Source: Octopus sinensis (Eukaryota). From it: a DNA stretch of 13,825 nt. The position numbers and the translations under genes are program-made. How positions within the stretch are numbered: position 1 is the stretch's first letter; every line of letters begins with the position of its first letter. Shown in pieces: positions 1 through 8,926 of the stretch. The stretch is from assembly GCF_006345805.1 (NCBI RefSeq), contig NW_021825926.1, positions 1 through 13,825 on the forward strand. Direction: 5' to 3'. The notes beneath the pieces are model-generated. The model was given only the letters and a program-made list of their open reading frames with translations. It did not search any database and was not told the DNA's origin.

Positions 1-117
1 GCTGTTAAGCCAGAACCAATGAAAAAATATTTTGAACGCTTTGAGAACGGCGGAGAGACAGGGAAAGCCGTCTACACTTGAAGGAACGGGTCAGAAAGAC
101 AGTTTTGCCGGAAGTTT

Positions 118-180
118 TGGAGAAACAATTTAGTTGGTTCATCAGCTTTCGGCTGATGAACCAACTAAATTGTTTCTCCA
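118..180. repeat. Perfect 29-bp inverted repeat (hairpin) with 5-nt loop
   Basis: tggagaaacaatttagttggttcatcagc (118-146) + tttcg + gctgatgaaccaactaaattgtttctcca (152-180), exact reverse complements checked base by base. Confidence 0.95.
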
Positions 181-272
181 TTTCACTGAGACTAGAAAGA
201 AGGAAAAGAAGAAGCCTAGAAATTGAAAAGATGTGATTGACAAAAACTTAAAGGACTTTATATAATCTAGAG

Positions 273-524
273 CAGTGGTTCTCAACCAGGGTCCACATGG
301 CCCTTGGGGGTCCCTCTAATTTTTGCTGTCAAAATTTATCTGCAATAAAGTGGTTATACTTCTAGAATACGCAAAATATTTTAATTTTTTTTTAAATACA
401 ATTTCTTAAAATATTTAATTATAAAAATATGATTTTTTAAAAATATTGAATGGCTAAGTGGGTCCACCCGTGTAAAATAGGAACCAAAGGGGTACATAGG
501 TAAAAAAAATATCGAAAAACATTG
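273..524 (+). mobile_element. hAT (Charlie-like) MITE, degenerate right end
   Basis: Left TIR cagtggttctcaacc at 273; decayed right TIR tcgaaaaacattg ending at 524; flanking 8-mers atctagag (265-272) and gtctatag (525-532) fit an NTCTAGAN-type hAT TSD. Subterminal sequence is shared with the element at 8927-9475. Confidence 0.7.
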
Positions 525-532
525 GTCTATAG

Positions 533-768
533 CATGCATGGGCAACCTGCGACCCGCGGGTCGCATGCGGCCCTCAGCGAGTTTCTAGGTTAAGTTCATA
601 CTAAGACAAATAAATTTTCATATTAAGACTAATAAAATTAAGATGAACAGCAAAAAGTCCTGTATAAAGTGGACAAGTAATATTTTTTATGTTTTACCAT
701 GCGGCCCTCTCCCACTTGAAAATGGTACGATGCAGCCCCCAGTTGACGAAATTCGGCCCCCATCCCTT
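533..768 (+). mobile_element. Second hAT-type MITE, different family, abutting the first
   Basis: Starts catgcatgggcaacctgcgacccgcgggtcgcatgcggccc, a Charlie/MER30-like end as recalled; internal atgcggccc/atgcagccc motifs; degenerate right end cccccatccctt followed by gtctagac (769-776), matching gtctatag (525-532) at 6/8. Confidence 0.55.
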
Positions 769-1164
769 GTCTAGACGAACTCAACACGATGGTAGTGAGT
801 TCCAGAGAGCAATCAGTTTAAGGAAAGAAGCTATTAGACTAAAATAACTTATGACTAACAGGAAGCTCAATAGAAGTGCCTGGGAAGTGAAGTGGGTAAC
901 ACGTTTAACGGTCTTGACAGAGGGTACTATAGATAAGAAAGGTAAAAAGAGCAATGAACATGGAAATACTTATAGAAGAGACGCAGCGAAAATAGACTTC
1001 GGTGATAAGCCAAAGATTCCAGCTTCGTAGAAAGAATAAGAACCACCATGTTGACGACTCGATTCTGAATTCGATGAAGCAAAGTAAGACACCTAAAAAA
1101 AGGCACCAGTCCAAGAATGACAGAACTATTTAATCCAAGGTCGAATTGTGGCCTGAAGATAGTT

Positions 1165-1304
1165 CTTCTGGTTCTTTATATTTTTAAGTTCAATCCTCGC
1201 CGAGTCAATTTTGCTCTTCATCCTTTCGGGGGTCGGTAAAATGAAGCACCTATCGCGTACTGGTATCAATTGTCCTCCTCCCCGCAAACTCCAGTATTAT
1301 TGTG
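1165..1304 (+). mobile_element. SINE family C, degenerate fragment
   Basis: aagttcaatcctcgccgagtcaattttgctcttcatcctttcggggg aligns with the B-box and body of the copy at 2178-2391. Confidence 0.65.
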
Positions 1305-1497
1305 AGGTATACTTGCCATCTCAATATGGCTAACCACTAAGGGTGGGTGTTACTGTAGCTTTTAGCCCCAGGAGAACATCGTCTCCAGCTGGCTTTAGGC
1401 ACACTTCTGTGTCCTTATGGTATTTGCAAAGGGAGGTCACCCTTCCTTATACCTCGTTCAGAGATTTATTATTAACTGTATTATTGCTTTTAGGGTT

Positions 1498-1720
1498 AAG
1501 GCGGTTACCGAGCAGAATCGTCAGCGCGTCGGACAAAATACTTAGTGGCATTTCATCCGGCTTTATGTTCTGAGTTCATACTCTACTGAGGTCAACTTCG
1601 CCTTTGATCCTTTCAGGATCGATAAAATAAAGTACTAGATGATCTGGGCTCGATGTCCTCGACTAGCCCTATCCCTCCAAACTTTCGGCCCTTGTGCCTA
1701 AAGCTGAAGGGATTATTATT
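1498..1720 (+). mobile_element. SINE family C, diverged full-length copy
   Basis: aaggcgg...gcagaatcgtcagc head, ctgagttcatactc B-box-like motif, gaggtcaacttcgcctttgatcctttc body, ccttgtgcct 3' part, attattatt tail. Confidence 0.8.
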
Positions 1721-1952
1721 AAGGCAAAAGCTGGCAGAATCGTCAGCGTGTCAAACAAAATGCTTAGCGGCATTTCTCCCTGATCTTTTGTTCTTAGTTC
1801 AAATTCCGCCGAGGTCAACTTAACCTTGTATCCTTTCGTAGTTGATAAAATAAAGTACCAGTCAAATACTGGGGTCGGAGCAATCGACCCGCCCACCCCT
1901 GCCTCTGCCCTTAAAATTTCTAACTTTGTGTCAAAATTTGACACTTATTATT
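1721..1952 (+). mobile_element. SINE family C, diverged full-length copy directly tandem to the previous one
   Basis: aaggcaaaagctggcagaatcg head begins right after the previous tail; agttcaaattccgccgaggtcaac body; ttattatt tail at about 1945-1952. Confidence 0.8.
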
Positions 1953-1960
1953 TGTTTCTA

Positions 1961-2077
1961 TGGTTGCTGGATTAGCAGAATCGTTACAGCGTCGGACAAA
2001 ATGTCATACGGTTATTTATTCCTGCCCTCTGCATTCTGAGTTCAAATCCTGTTGAGGTCAACTTTATCCCTCACCTT
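1961..2077 (+). mobile_element. SINE family C, 3'-truncated diverged copy
   Basis: tagcagaatcgttacagcgtcggacaaaatg head and ttctgagttcaaatcctgttgaggtcaact B-box region; similarity is lost after about 2077. Confidence 0.7.
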
Positions 2078-2177
2078 ACAGACAGTAGCATAGCTTGGAG
2101 AGCAGAGCAGTGGGCGTTGCGCCTCGGACAAATCTTTTGTAGGAGCGGCACTTTGGGGTCTGCGGTATAAGCCTATA

Positions 2178-2391
2178 AAGGCGGCGAGCTGGCAGAATCG
2201 TTAGCACACCGGGCGAAATGCGTAGCCGTATTTCGTCTGCCGTTACGTTCTGAGTTCAAATTCCGCCGAGGTCGACTTTGGCTTTCATCCTTTCGGGGTC
2301 GATAAATTAAGTACCACTTGCGTACTGGGGTCGAGCTAATCGACTGGCCACCTCCCCAAAAATTTTGGGCCTTGTGCCTAGAGTAGAAAAG
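2178..2391 (+). mobile_element. SINE family C, tRNA-derived, least diverged copy in the cluster
   Basis: A-box-like tggcagaatcg, B-box-like gagttcaaattcc, body gaggtcgactttggctttcatcctttcggggtcgataaattaagtacc; close match to the minus-strand copies at 9543-9986. Confidence 0.85.
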
Positions 2392-2475
2392 ATGTATGTA
2401 AATTTATATCGCAGACTTTTCAGTATAATTGCAGGTCTCTACGGCCGATAGGTATTTATATTTTTTTAGATTTTA

Positions 2476-2840
2476 ACTAGCAGTATGACCCGGCGTTGCC
2501 GGGTCATAGTGCTAGTGCATGCATATACAGCTGCGTGCGTGCGCACATAACATGCGAGTACTGTCCAAATCTCCGACCAATCACATACAGCTAACTGGCA
2601 TTCAATTGGCGTATCAAGTTTCGGGTATTTTAATTGGGTTTTGGATAGAAAATTCACAAAATGCCATTTCTATTGATTTTTTTAATGGCTTTGCGGGGTG
2701 ACTGGGGAAATGTAAAGATGTGCACGACCACCCTTGGACAGTTTTGAATGACCATAGAAAGTGCGAGCCCTCTAACTGAAAAATTGTGGATTTGTATAAA
2801 GGACACACACACAGACATTTTGCCGTTTATATATATAGAT
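2476..2840 (+). mobile_element. Probable non-autonomous Helentron/HINE (Lep1/DINE-1-like) rolling-circle element
   Basis: 5' end actagc... folds into a 19-bp hairpin with one mismatch (2476-2494/2498-2516, loop gtt); 3' end has (ac)n-agacattttgccg-tttatatatatagat; T-rich flanks. The family assignment rests on recalled architecture only. Confidence 0.5.
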
Positions 2841-3061
2841 TATCTCTGAGGTAAAATAAGCATTTGCACGCCTAAAAATTATTAAATAAAAAAGACAGTA
2901 CTGTGCTGCACAGTAAAACACAGTTCAAATATATTAAAAGAAAATACGTAGTGTACCGTAGATGAGAAAACAGAATCGCACATATTGTACGGAAAACGAA
3001 CTCGGGAAGCGAGTGTGTGGTGTTGCTTCGCATTTATAATAAACTAAATACATACAAATTA

Positions 3062-3273
3062 TTAGGTTGGTGCATAATTATTGCGGTTTTTTTCACTAAA
3101 TTTTATCCAACAAAAAATTTAAACAAAACACCAATTTAAACAAAATTGAAGTAGATGGTGAATATGCTCCGGAATAATCATTTACAGATGTTTTTGCTAA
3201 ATGTTGTTAATGGTTTTTGTTGAATAAAATTTATTGAAAAAAAAAAAGCCGCAATAATTATGCACCAACCTAA
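3062..3273. mobile_element. Mariner-type MITE (MADE1/Hsmar1-like TIR)
   Basis: 25-bp perfect TIR ttaggttggtgcataattattgcgg / ccgcaataattatgcaccaacctaa extending into T/A runs; TA at 3060-3061 and 3274-3275. Confidence 0.9.
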
Positions 3274-3289
3274 TATAAAATAATAAAAA

Positions 3290-3385
3290 GATATACAGTA
3301 CAGTATTGTTTCTACTTCGCGGATTTTCACCTATCGCGGGATGGTTTTGGAACGTAACACCCGCGATAGACGAGTGATTACTGCA
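3290..3385. mobile_element. Terminal fragment of a pogo/Tigger-like MITE
   Basis: Ends ...cgagtgattactg|ca, like the recalled gagggattactg|TA end; 10-bp internal palindrome ctatcgcggg (3331-3340) / cccgcgatag (3360-3369). No partner end found. Confidence 0.4.
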
Positions 3386-3395
3386 TATATATATA

Positions 3396-3705
3396 TTTTT
3401 TATTTATGCACCCTTTTCAAGCCTAGCCAGGCTCATGGGCCCGGTTTCCCGGTTTCTATGGGGTATGTGTTCCCCCCAGCTGGACGGGACGCCAGTCCAT
3501 CGCAGCGTTACTCAAGAAACAGGAAGAAAGAGTGAGAGAAAGTTGGGGCGAAAGAGTACAACAGGGCCACCCCACCCCCTGCCGGAGCCTCGTGGAGCTT
3601 TAGGTGTTTTCGCCCAATAAACACACACAACGCCCGGTGTGGGAATCGAAACCACGATCCTCCGACCGCGAGTCCGCTGCCCTAACCACTGGGCCATTGC
3701 GCCTC

Positions 3706-3708
<3 letters not shown>
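3396..3708 (-). mobile_element. SINE family B (tRNA-Arg-like head), tail type 1
   Basis: Minus strand reads gtggaggcgcaatggcccagtggttagggcagcggactcgcggtcggaggatcgtggtttcgattccc (A box tggcccagtgg, B box gtttcgattcc); 3513-3708 is near-identical to 12773-12971; A-rich tail at about 3396. Confidence 0.85.
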
Positions 3709-3741
<33 letters not shown>

Positions 3742-3992
3742 CTTTTCTAACTTAAAACGCCGCCAGCGTGGGAGCAACTTCAGTCGATTTAACCCATTAG
3801 ATCTCAAACTGGTAAACACCACCCCATACTTCTTCACCCGGAATGAGACGAACGGGCGCAGTGATTTGGAAGATTACGATTTCGCGCGGTTGACTGGACA
3901 TTCGGCCTGTTTTGGCGACAGTATATTTTGGTGCTGGAGGCAAACGCTCGCACACGCATGCGCGCAGAAATTCACACGTACAAGATATAGGT

Positions 3993-4131
3993 AAAGGCGT
4001 GGCTGTGTAGTAAGAAGCTTGCTTCCCAACTGCATGGCTCTGGGTACAATCCCACAACCAAGCACCTTGAGCAAGTGTCTTCTAATATAGCATCGGGCTG
4101 ATCAAAGCCTTGTGAGTGGATTTGGTAGACG
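3993..4131 (+). mobile_element. SINE family A, 5' half only, diverged
   Basis: ggcgtggctgtgtagtaagaagcttgcttcccaac...caccttgagcaagtgtcttc...gtgagtggatttggtagac, ending at a (TA)n tract (4136-4174). Confidence 0.85.
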
Positions 4132-4133
4132 TG

Positions 4134-4174
<41 letters not shown>

Positions 4175-4175
<1 letters not shown>

Positions 4176-4548
4176 TTTTTTTCATTTTTTTCAGTCATTT
4201 GACAGCAGCCATGCTGGAGCACCTCCTTTAGACGAACAAATCGACCCCAGGACTTATTCTTTGTAAGTCTAGTACTTATTCTATCGGTCTTTTTTGCCGA
4301 ACCGCTAAGTTACAGGGACGTAAACACACCAACATCGGTTGTCAAGCGATGGTGGGGAACAAACACACACATTCACACGTACACATATATTGGACGGGCT
4401 TCTTTCAGTTTCCGTCTACCAAATTTACTCAGAAGGTCAGCCCGAGACTATAGTAGGTGACACTTGCCCAAGGTGCACGCAGTAGGACTGAACCCGGAAC
4501 TATGTAGTTGGTAATCAAACTACTTACCACACAGCCGCGCCTGCGCCT
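4175..4548 (-). mobile_element. SINE family A, full length
   Basis: Reverse complement of the copy at 12153-12594: head aggcgcagg...ggctgtgtggtaagtag, B box ggttcagtcc, internal short (TG)n, 3' gctccagcatggc...caaatgactgaaa. Confidence 0.9.
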
Positions 4549-4837
4549 TGTGAAAAAAAAATAAGAAAAAAAGAATCAGAGACCAAATTATTAATGACCT
4601 CTTGTTTCTACTGGTCAGTTGTTTGCTGATATCATCAATCGTTGACAAAATCCTGTTTGTTAATTAGTCATTTTTACGCCTGAAAATAGTGATTCGAGTT
4701 CGATACTTAGGCAGTGAGATTGTGCTACATATTTCTGCTGTACACACAAACATGCATATATATACACACATACATTCAGACACACATACACACACATATA
4801 TGTTGTGTTTATGTATATATATTACGCGCTTGTATAT

Positions 4838-4843
<6 letters not shown>

Positions 4844-4922
<79 letters not shown>
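4844..4922. repeat. Compound (TA)n-(GA)n microsatellite
   Basis: Directly visible. Confidence 0.95.
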
Positions 4923-4925
<3 letters not shown>

Positions 4926-5097
4926 GTAAAAACGGTAAGATAACAAAAGAAAGAAAGAGACCTCAATATTATGCAAATGGAGGAATTTATCTGTAAATAT
5001 AATATGTGACAATTACTACTAGCCAAGATAAAACTCTGAGTTTAGAATGCCAAGGTGAAATCCACACCACCATCTCTTCAGTTATCCGGCCATCCGG

Positions 5098-5107
5098 ATA
5101 TATATAT

Positions 5108-5142
<35 letters not shown>

Positions 5143-5600
5143 TTGTATAATTATGTGTGTTGTATGCGTATAATACGCTTAGTGTGTGTATGTATGTGTA
5201 TATGTATGTGTGTATGTGTGTGTGTTTGTGTGTGTGTGGGTGTGTATGGGCGTATCAAGGGGTAGGCAGATCTAAGATCTTGATAAGACAAAAATTTGTG
5301 CATCTAAGTACGTGTGTGAGGGTTATTTATATCACCAGCTCTTGTCTATATATATACACACATAACCATACTTACGTACACACACGCATGCATATAAACA
5401 CATGCGTACGTACATGTGTGTATGTATAATAGCGTTTGTACGATTCAGCACAACACACACAAACAAGCATTTATATGGATGCACATACACACAAACACAC
5501 ACGTCTTTATGGGTATGCTTGTTGCTGTGTGTGTGTGTATATATGTAAGCACACAACCACAGACACATATATACATTTACGCATACATGTATTATAGAAT
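5098..5600. repeat. Degenerate (TA)n/(TG)n/(CA)n low-complexity tract
   Basis: Interleaved TA, TG, TATG and CA runs. Confidence 0.9.
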
Positions 5601-5998
5601 ACTCTTTACTCTTTACTCTTTTACTTGTTTCAGTCATTTGACTGCGGCCATGCTGGAGCACCGCCTTTAGTCGAGCAAATCGACCTCTTTGTAAGCCCAG
5701 TACTTATTCTATCGGTTGTCTTTTGCCGAACCGCTACGTTACGGGGACCTAAACACACCAGCATCGGTTGTCAAGCAACGCTAGGGGAACAAACACAGAC
5801 AAACAAACACACACACACACACACATATATATACATATATACGACAGGCTTCTTTCAGTTTCCGTCTACCAAATCCACTCACAAGGCATTGGTCGGCCCA
5901 AGGCTACAGTAGAAGACACTTGCCCAAGATGCCACGCAGTGGGACTGAACCCGGAACCATGTGGTTGGTAAGCAAACTACTTACCACACAGTCACTCC
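5601..5998 (-). mobile_element. SINE family A, full length
   Basis: Reverse complement of the family A sequence with (actcttt)n tail at 5601-5623, internal (CA)n/(TA)n and head ...ccacacagtcactcc. Confidence 0.9.
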
Positions 5999-6006
5999 CC
6001 TAAGTA

Positions 6007-6222
6007 CGAGGGGTGCTGAAAAGTTCCTGGCTTTGGGTAAAAGAAAATAGTGAAGGATCGGTTAATTATGATTTTTTTAAACATATTACCCTCTCAGATT
6101 TATATACTTATTGCAGCGGTCCTTCAGTTTTTCTAAGCCCTGTAAAAGAACTCGGAAGTTTGGACCTCCGTCCAGGCCTTTCGTGACACCTTTAAAGCCA
6201 GGAACTTTTCAACACCCCATCG
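6007..6222. mobile_element. Mariner-type MITE, second family
   Basis: TIRs cgaggggtgctgaaaagttcctggcttt (6007-6034) / aaagccaggaacttttcaacaccccatcg (6194-6222), one mismatch and one indel; TA at 6005-6006 and 6223-6224. Confidence 0.88.
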
Positions 6223-6289
6223 TATGCTTGTATGTATGTATGTGTATCTACATATCTGCCTGCCTGCCTGCCTGTCTGTCTATATACCT

Positions 6290-6496
6290 AGGCGCAGGAA
6301 TGGCTGTGTGGTAAGTAGCTTGCTTACCAACCACATAGTTCCGGGTTCAGTCCCACTGCGTGGCATCTTGGGCAAGTGTCTTCTACTATAGCCTCGGGCC
6401 GACCAAAGCCTTGTGAGTGGATTTGGTAGACGGAAACTGAAAGAAGCCCGTCGTATATATGTATATATATATATATTATATATATATATATATATA
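6290..6496 (+). mobile_element. SINE family A, 5' half of a copy split by the PLE
   Basis: aggcgcaggaatggctgtgtggtaagtagc...gaaactgaaagaagcccgtcg followed by (TA)n at 6454-6496. Confidence 0.9.
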
Positions 6497-6671
6497 GATA
6501 AGAAAGTTTGTTTGGTAAAGCACGTGGGTGAATATATAAGAAAATAGTAAAGTGTGAAAAAACGACAGAAGGCTAAATGTTAAAAAATATATATATTTTT
6601 GTCAAAATGTCTGGAGATATTTGGAAAAATTTTTTTCCTTTCCTTAAAATGACATAATTTTAAAATTTTTA

Positions 6672-6711
6672 AAGAAATTACCGGTTTCGCGTGTAGCTTT
6701 TCAAATTTCTT
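6672..6711 (-). ncRNA. Minimal type I hammerhead ribozyme motif, U3:A8 core variant (inverted-arm copy)
   Basis: Exact reverse complement of 8411-8450. Confidence 0.75.
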
Positions 6712-6853
6712 GTGACGTTATGTTTATATTGCATGGAGTTATCGTTGTGTTTATTAACAGGAGATTTCTAAATAAGGGGAGGTAGTGAGTGATTTCTTCC
6801 GGTGTAAGGGAGATAATCGCTTAAAAATTTTTTTTTTTTTTCCCTTTTCCTTG

Positions 6854-7133
6854 TTAATTTCTCTGTGTCAGTATGTTCGGATGGTTGAGTCTGGGTTTGT
6901 ACTTTTCAATGAAGAATGTTTCCTTGTTCAGTCTCATTTGTGTTGATGATCCGAAAGCACATTGGTAAAATGGGAAGATTAAAAATTGTGGCAGTATTTG
7001 CTTTGCGCATTTCTCAATGTGCTCACTAAAAGGTATCATTCTATATTCTGGGAATGCAATCTGTTGTCGATGCAGTGTGCATCTACGCCTGAGTGATAGT
7101 CCCGTTGAACCCACGTAGTCTTGGTGGCAGCCC
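6854..7133 (-). pseudogene. Inverted duplicate of the GIY-YIG endonuclease C-terminal half
   Basis: Minus strand reads GCHQDYVGSTGLSLRRRCTLHRQQI...FSEHIEKC...MRLNKETFFIEKYKPRLN..., in frame to the stop at 6854-6856; the N-terminal part of the domain is absent. Confidence 0.85.
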
Positions 7134-8270
7134 TATCAATCTTTGGAAACTCCCTCTCTCAATACATAAAAGAGAATTGGAAACGATTCCTAGACGATTG
7201 TTTCATTCTCTGGAATGAAAACATAGATAAACTCCTAAAATTTAAAAACCTATTGAACAGCATAAACCCAAATATACAGTTCACAATGGAATACAACCAA
7301 AAGGAGCTCCCGTTCTTGGATATACTAATTAAAAAAATTAACCTTAAAATAGAAACAGACATTTTTTACAAAGCCACAGACGCCAAACAATACCTTCTTT
7401 TTAATTCATGCCACCCAAGACACACTAACAAACATCCCCTTCAACCTTGCAAGAAGGATATGCACAATAGTGTCAGACCAAAATACCAGGAACTATAGAC
7501 TGCAAGAACTCAAAACACCCTAATTGATAGACATTACCCAGCTCAACTCATAGAGGATGGGATCAGACGTGGCAACAGAAATCAACATAGAAACTTTAAG
7601 AAAAGTTCAACACAACAACACACCTTCCCCGAAAATACTACCTTACATATCTACATACAACCCCAGAAACAAAGAAGCCTTCACCATCATCACCCAGAAT
7701 TTACCAATACTTCATAAAAACCAAAATTAAAGGAAATTCTAATTCTAAACATACACCAAATCTTAAATAAAAGCTACAAACAGCCTAAATCACTTAAAAA
7801 GATTCTCACAAAGGCAAAATTGTCTTCTAAAATTACGGATGCAAAAGTAAAAAAATGTGGTAGATCGAACTGTGCAACATGTCCTAACCTATTGGAAGGA
7901 TCAGAATTCTTCTTTAAAGAGGGACAGAAATTCAAGATTAAATCTAACTTTACTTGTGCCTCTGAAAACATAATTTATGTTATTAAATGCTCGGGCTGCC
8001 ACCAAGACTACGTGGGTTCAACGGGACTATCACTCAGGCGTAGATGCACACTGCATCGACAACAGATTGCATTCCCAGAATATAGAATGATACCTTTTAG
8101 TGAGCACATTGAGAAATGCGCAAAGCAAATACTGCCACAATTTTTAATCTTCCCATTTTACCATGTGCTTTCGGATCATCAACACAAATGAGACTGAACA
8201 AGGAAACATTCTTCATTGAAAAGTACAAACCCAGACTCAACCATCCGACATACTGACACAGAGAAATTAA
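7134..8270 (+). pseudogene. PLE ORF remnant: RT motif C and thumb, Zn-finger-like linker, GIY-YIG endonuclease; frameshifted
   Basis: NWKRFLDDCFILW, ELPFLDI, IFYKATD..QYL.FNSCHPRHT, then in shifted frames NIPFNLARRICTIVSD and ILPYISTYNPRN; KKCGRSNCATC; IIYVIKCSGCHQDYVGST...H...H...KETFFI...LN. About six 1-nt frameshifts (about 7430, 7520, 7571, 7727, 8162, 8247). Confidence 0.9.
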
Positions 8271-8410
8271 CAAGGAAAAGGAAAAAAAAAAAAAAATTTT
8301 AAGCGATTATCTCCCTTACACCGGAAGAAATCACTCACTACCTCCCCTTATTTAGAAATCTCCTGTTATAAACACAACGATAACTCCATGCAATATAAAC
8401 ATAACGTCAC

Positions 8411-8450
8411 AAGAAATTTGAAAAGCTACACGCGAAACCGGTAATTTCTT
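8411..8450 (+). ncRNA. Minimal type I hammerhead ribozyme motif, U3:A8 core variant
   Basis: Stem I aagaaat (8411-8417)/atttctt (8444-8450); core ttgaaaa in place of CUGANGA; stem II gc-tacac-gc; GAAA (8434-8437); palindromic stem III accggt; GUA triplet (8441-8443). Located in the PLE 3' UTR/pLTR. Confidence 0.75.
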
Positions 8451-8585
8451 TAAAAATTTAAAATTATGTCATTTTAAGGAAAGGAAAAAATTTTTCCAAT
8501 ATTCTCCAGACATTTTGACACAAATATATATATTTTTTAACATTTAAGCCTTCTGTCGTTTTTTCACCACTTACTATCTTTATAT

Positions 8586-8593
8586 ATATATAT

Positions 8594-8647
<54 letters not shown>

Positions 8648-8874
8648 TGTATGTGTTTGTGTGTCTGTGTTTGTCCCCCTAGCATTGCTTGACAACCGAT
8701 GCTGGTGTGTTTATGTCCCCGTTACTTAGCGGTTCGGCAAAGAGACCGATAGAATAAGTACTGGGCTTACAAAAGAATAAGTCCCGGGGTCGAGTTGCTC
8801 GATTAAAGGCGGTGCTCCAGCATGGCCGCAGTCAAATGACTGAAACAAATAAAAGAGTAAAAGAGAAAGAGAGT
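8586..8874 (+). mobile_element. SINE family A, 3' half of the split copy
   Basis: (TA)n then gtgtgtctgtgtttgtccccctagcattgcttgacaaccgatgc...gctccagcatggccgcagtcaaatgactgaaac, colinear with about 12375-12594. Confidence 0.9.
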
Positions 8875-8926
8875 AATAGACATCGGAAAAGTTTTGCTAT
8901 AATCGAATCTTCTGGTGCTACTAAAA

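Larger units (their letters stand above)
6497..8585 (+). mobile_element. Penelope-like retroelement (C-terminal GIY-YIG, probably Neptune clade), 5'-truncated, with inverted 5' pseudo-LTR
   Basis: About 6535-7133 is the reverse complement of 7993-8585; the central 7134-7992 encodes the RT C-terminal part; both outer ends lie in (TA)n. Confidence 0.9.

Noticed and set aside
140-200. ctgatga inside the 29-bp hairpin as a hammerhead or C/D snoRNA box
   Set aside because: No stem II plus GAAA follows on either strand, and no box C/D pair with a terminal stem is evident.
780-1160. Purine-rich stretch with short open frames as a host exon
   Set aside because: No recognisable motif, stops in the plausible frames and no convincing splice context.
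3640-3708. SINE heads (also 11640-11702 and 12773-12845) as real tRNA genes
   Set aside because: The A and B boxes are present, but there is no complete acceptor stem and each head runs straight into a repeated SINE body.
4664-5971. ORFs of 60-120 aa across 4664-5971
   Set aside because: They are translations of TA/TG/GA microsatellites and SINE sequence.
7121-7133. Start codon of the supplied 7121..7498 ORF
   Set aside because: 7121-7133 belongs to the inverted arm; the start is created by the junction and is not native.
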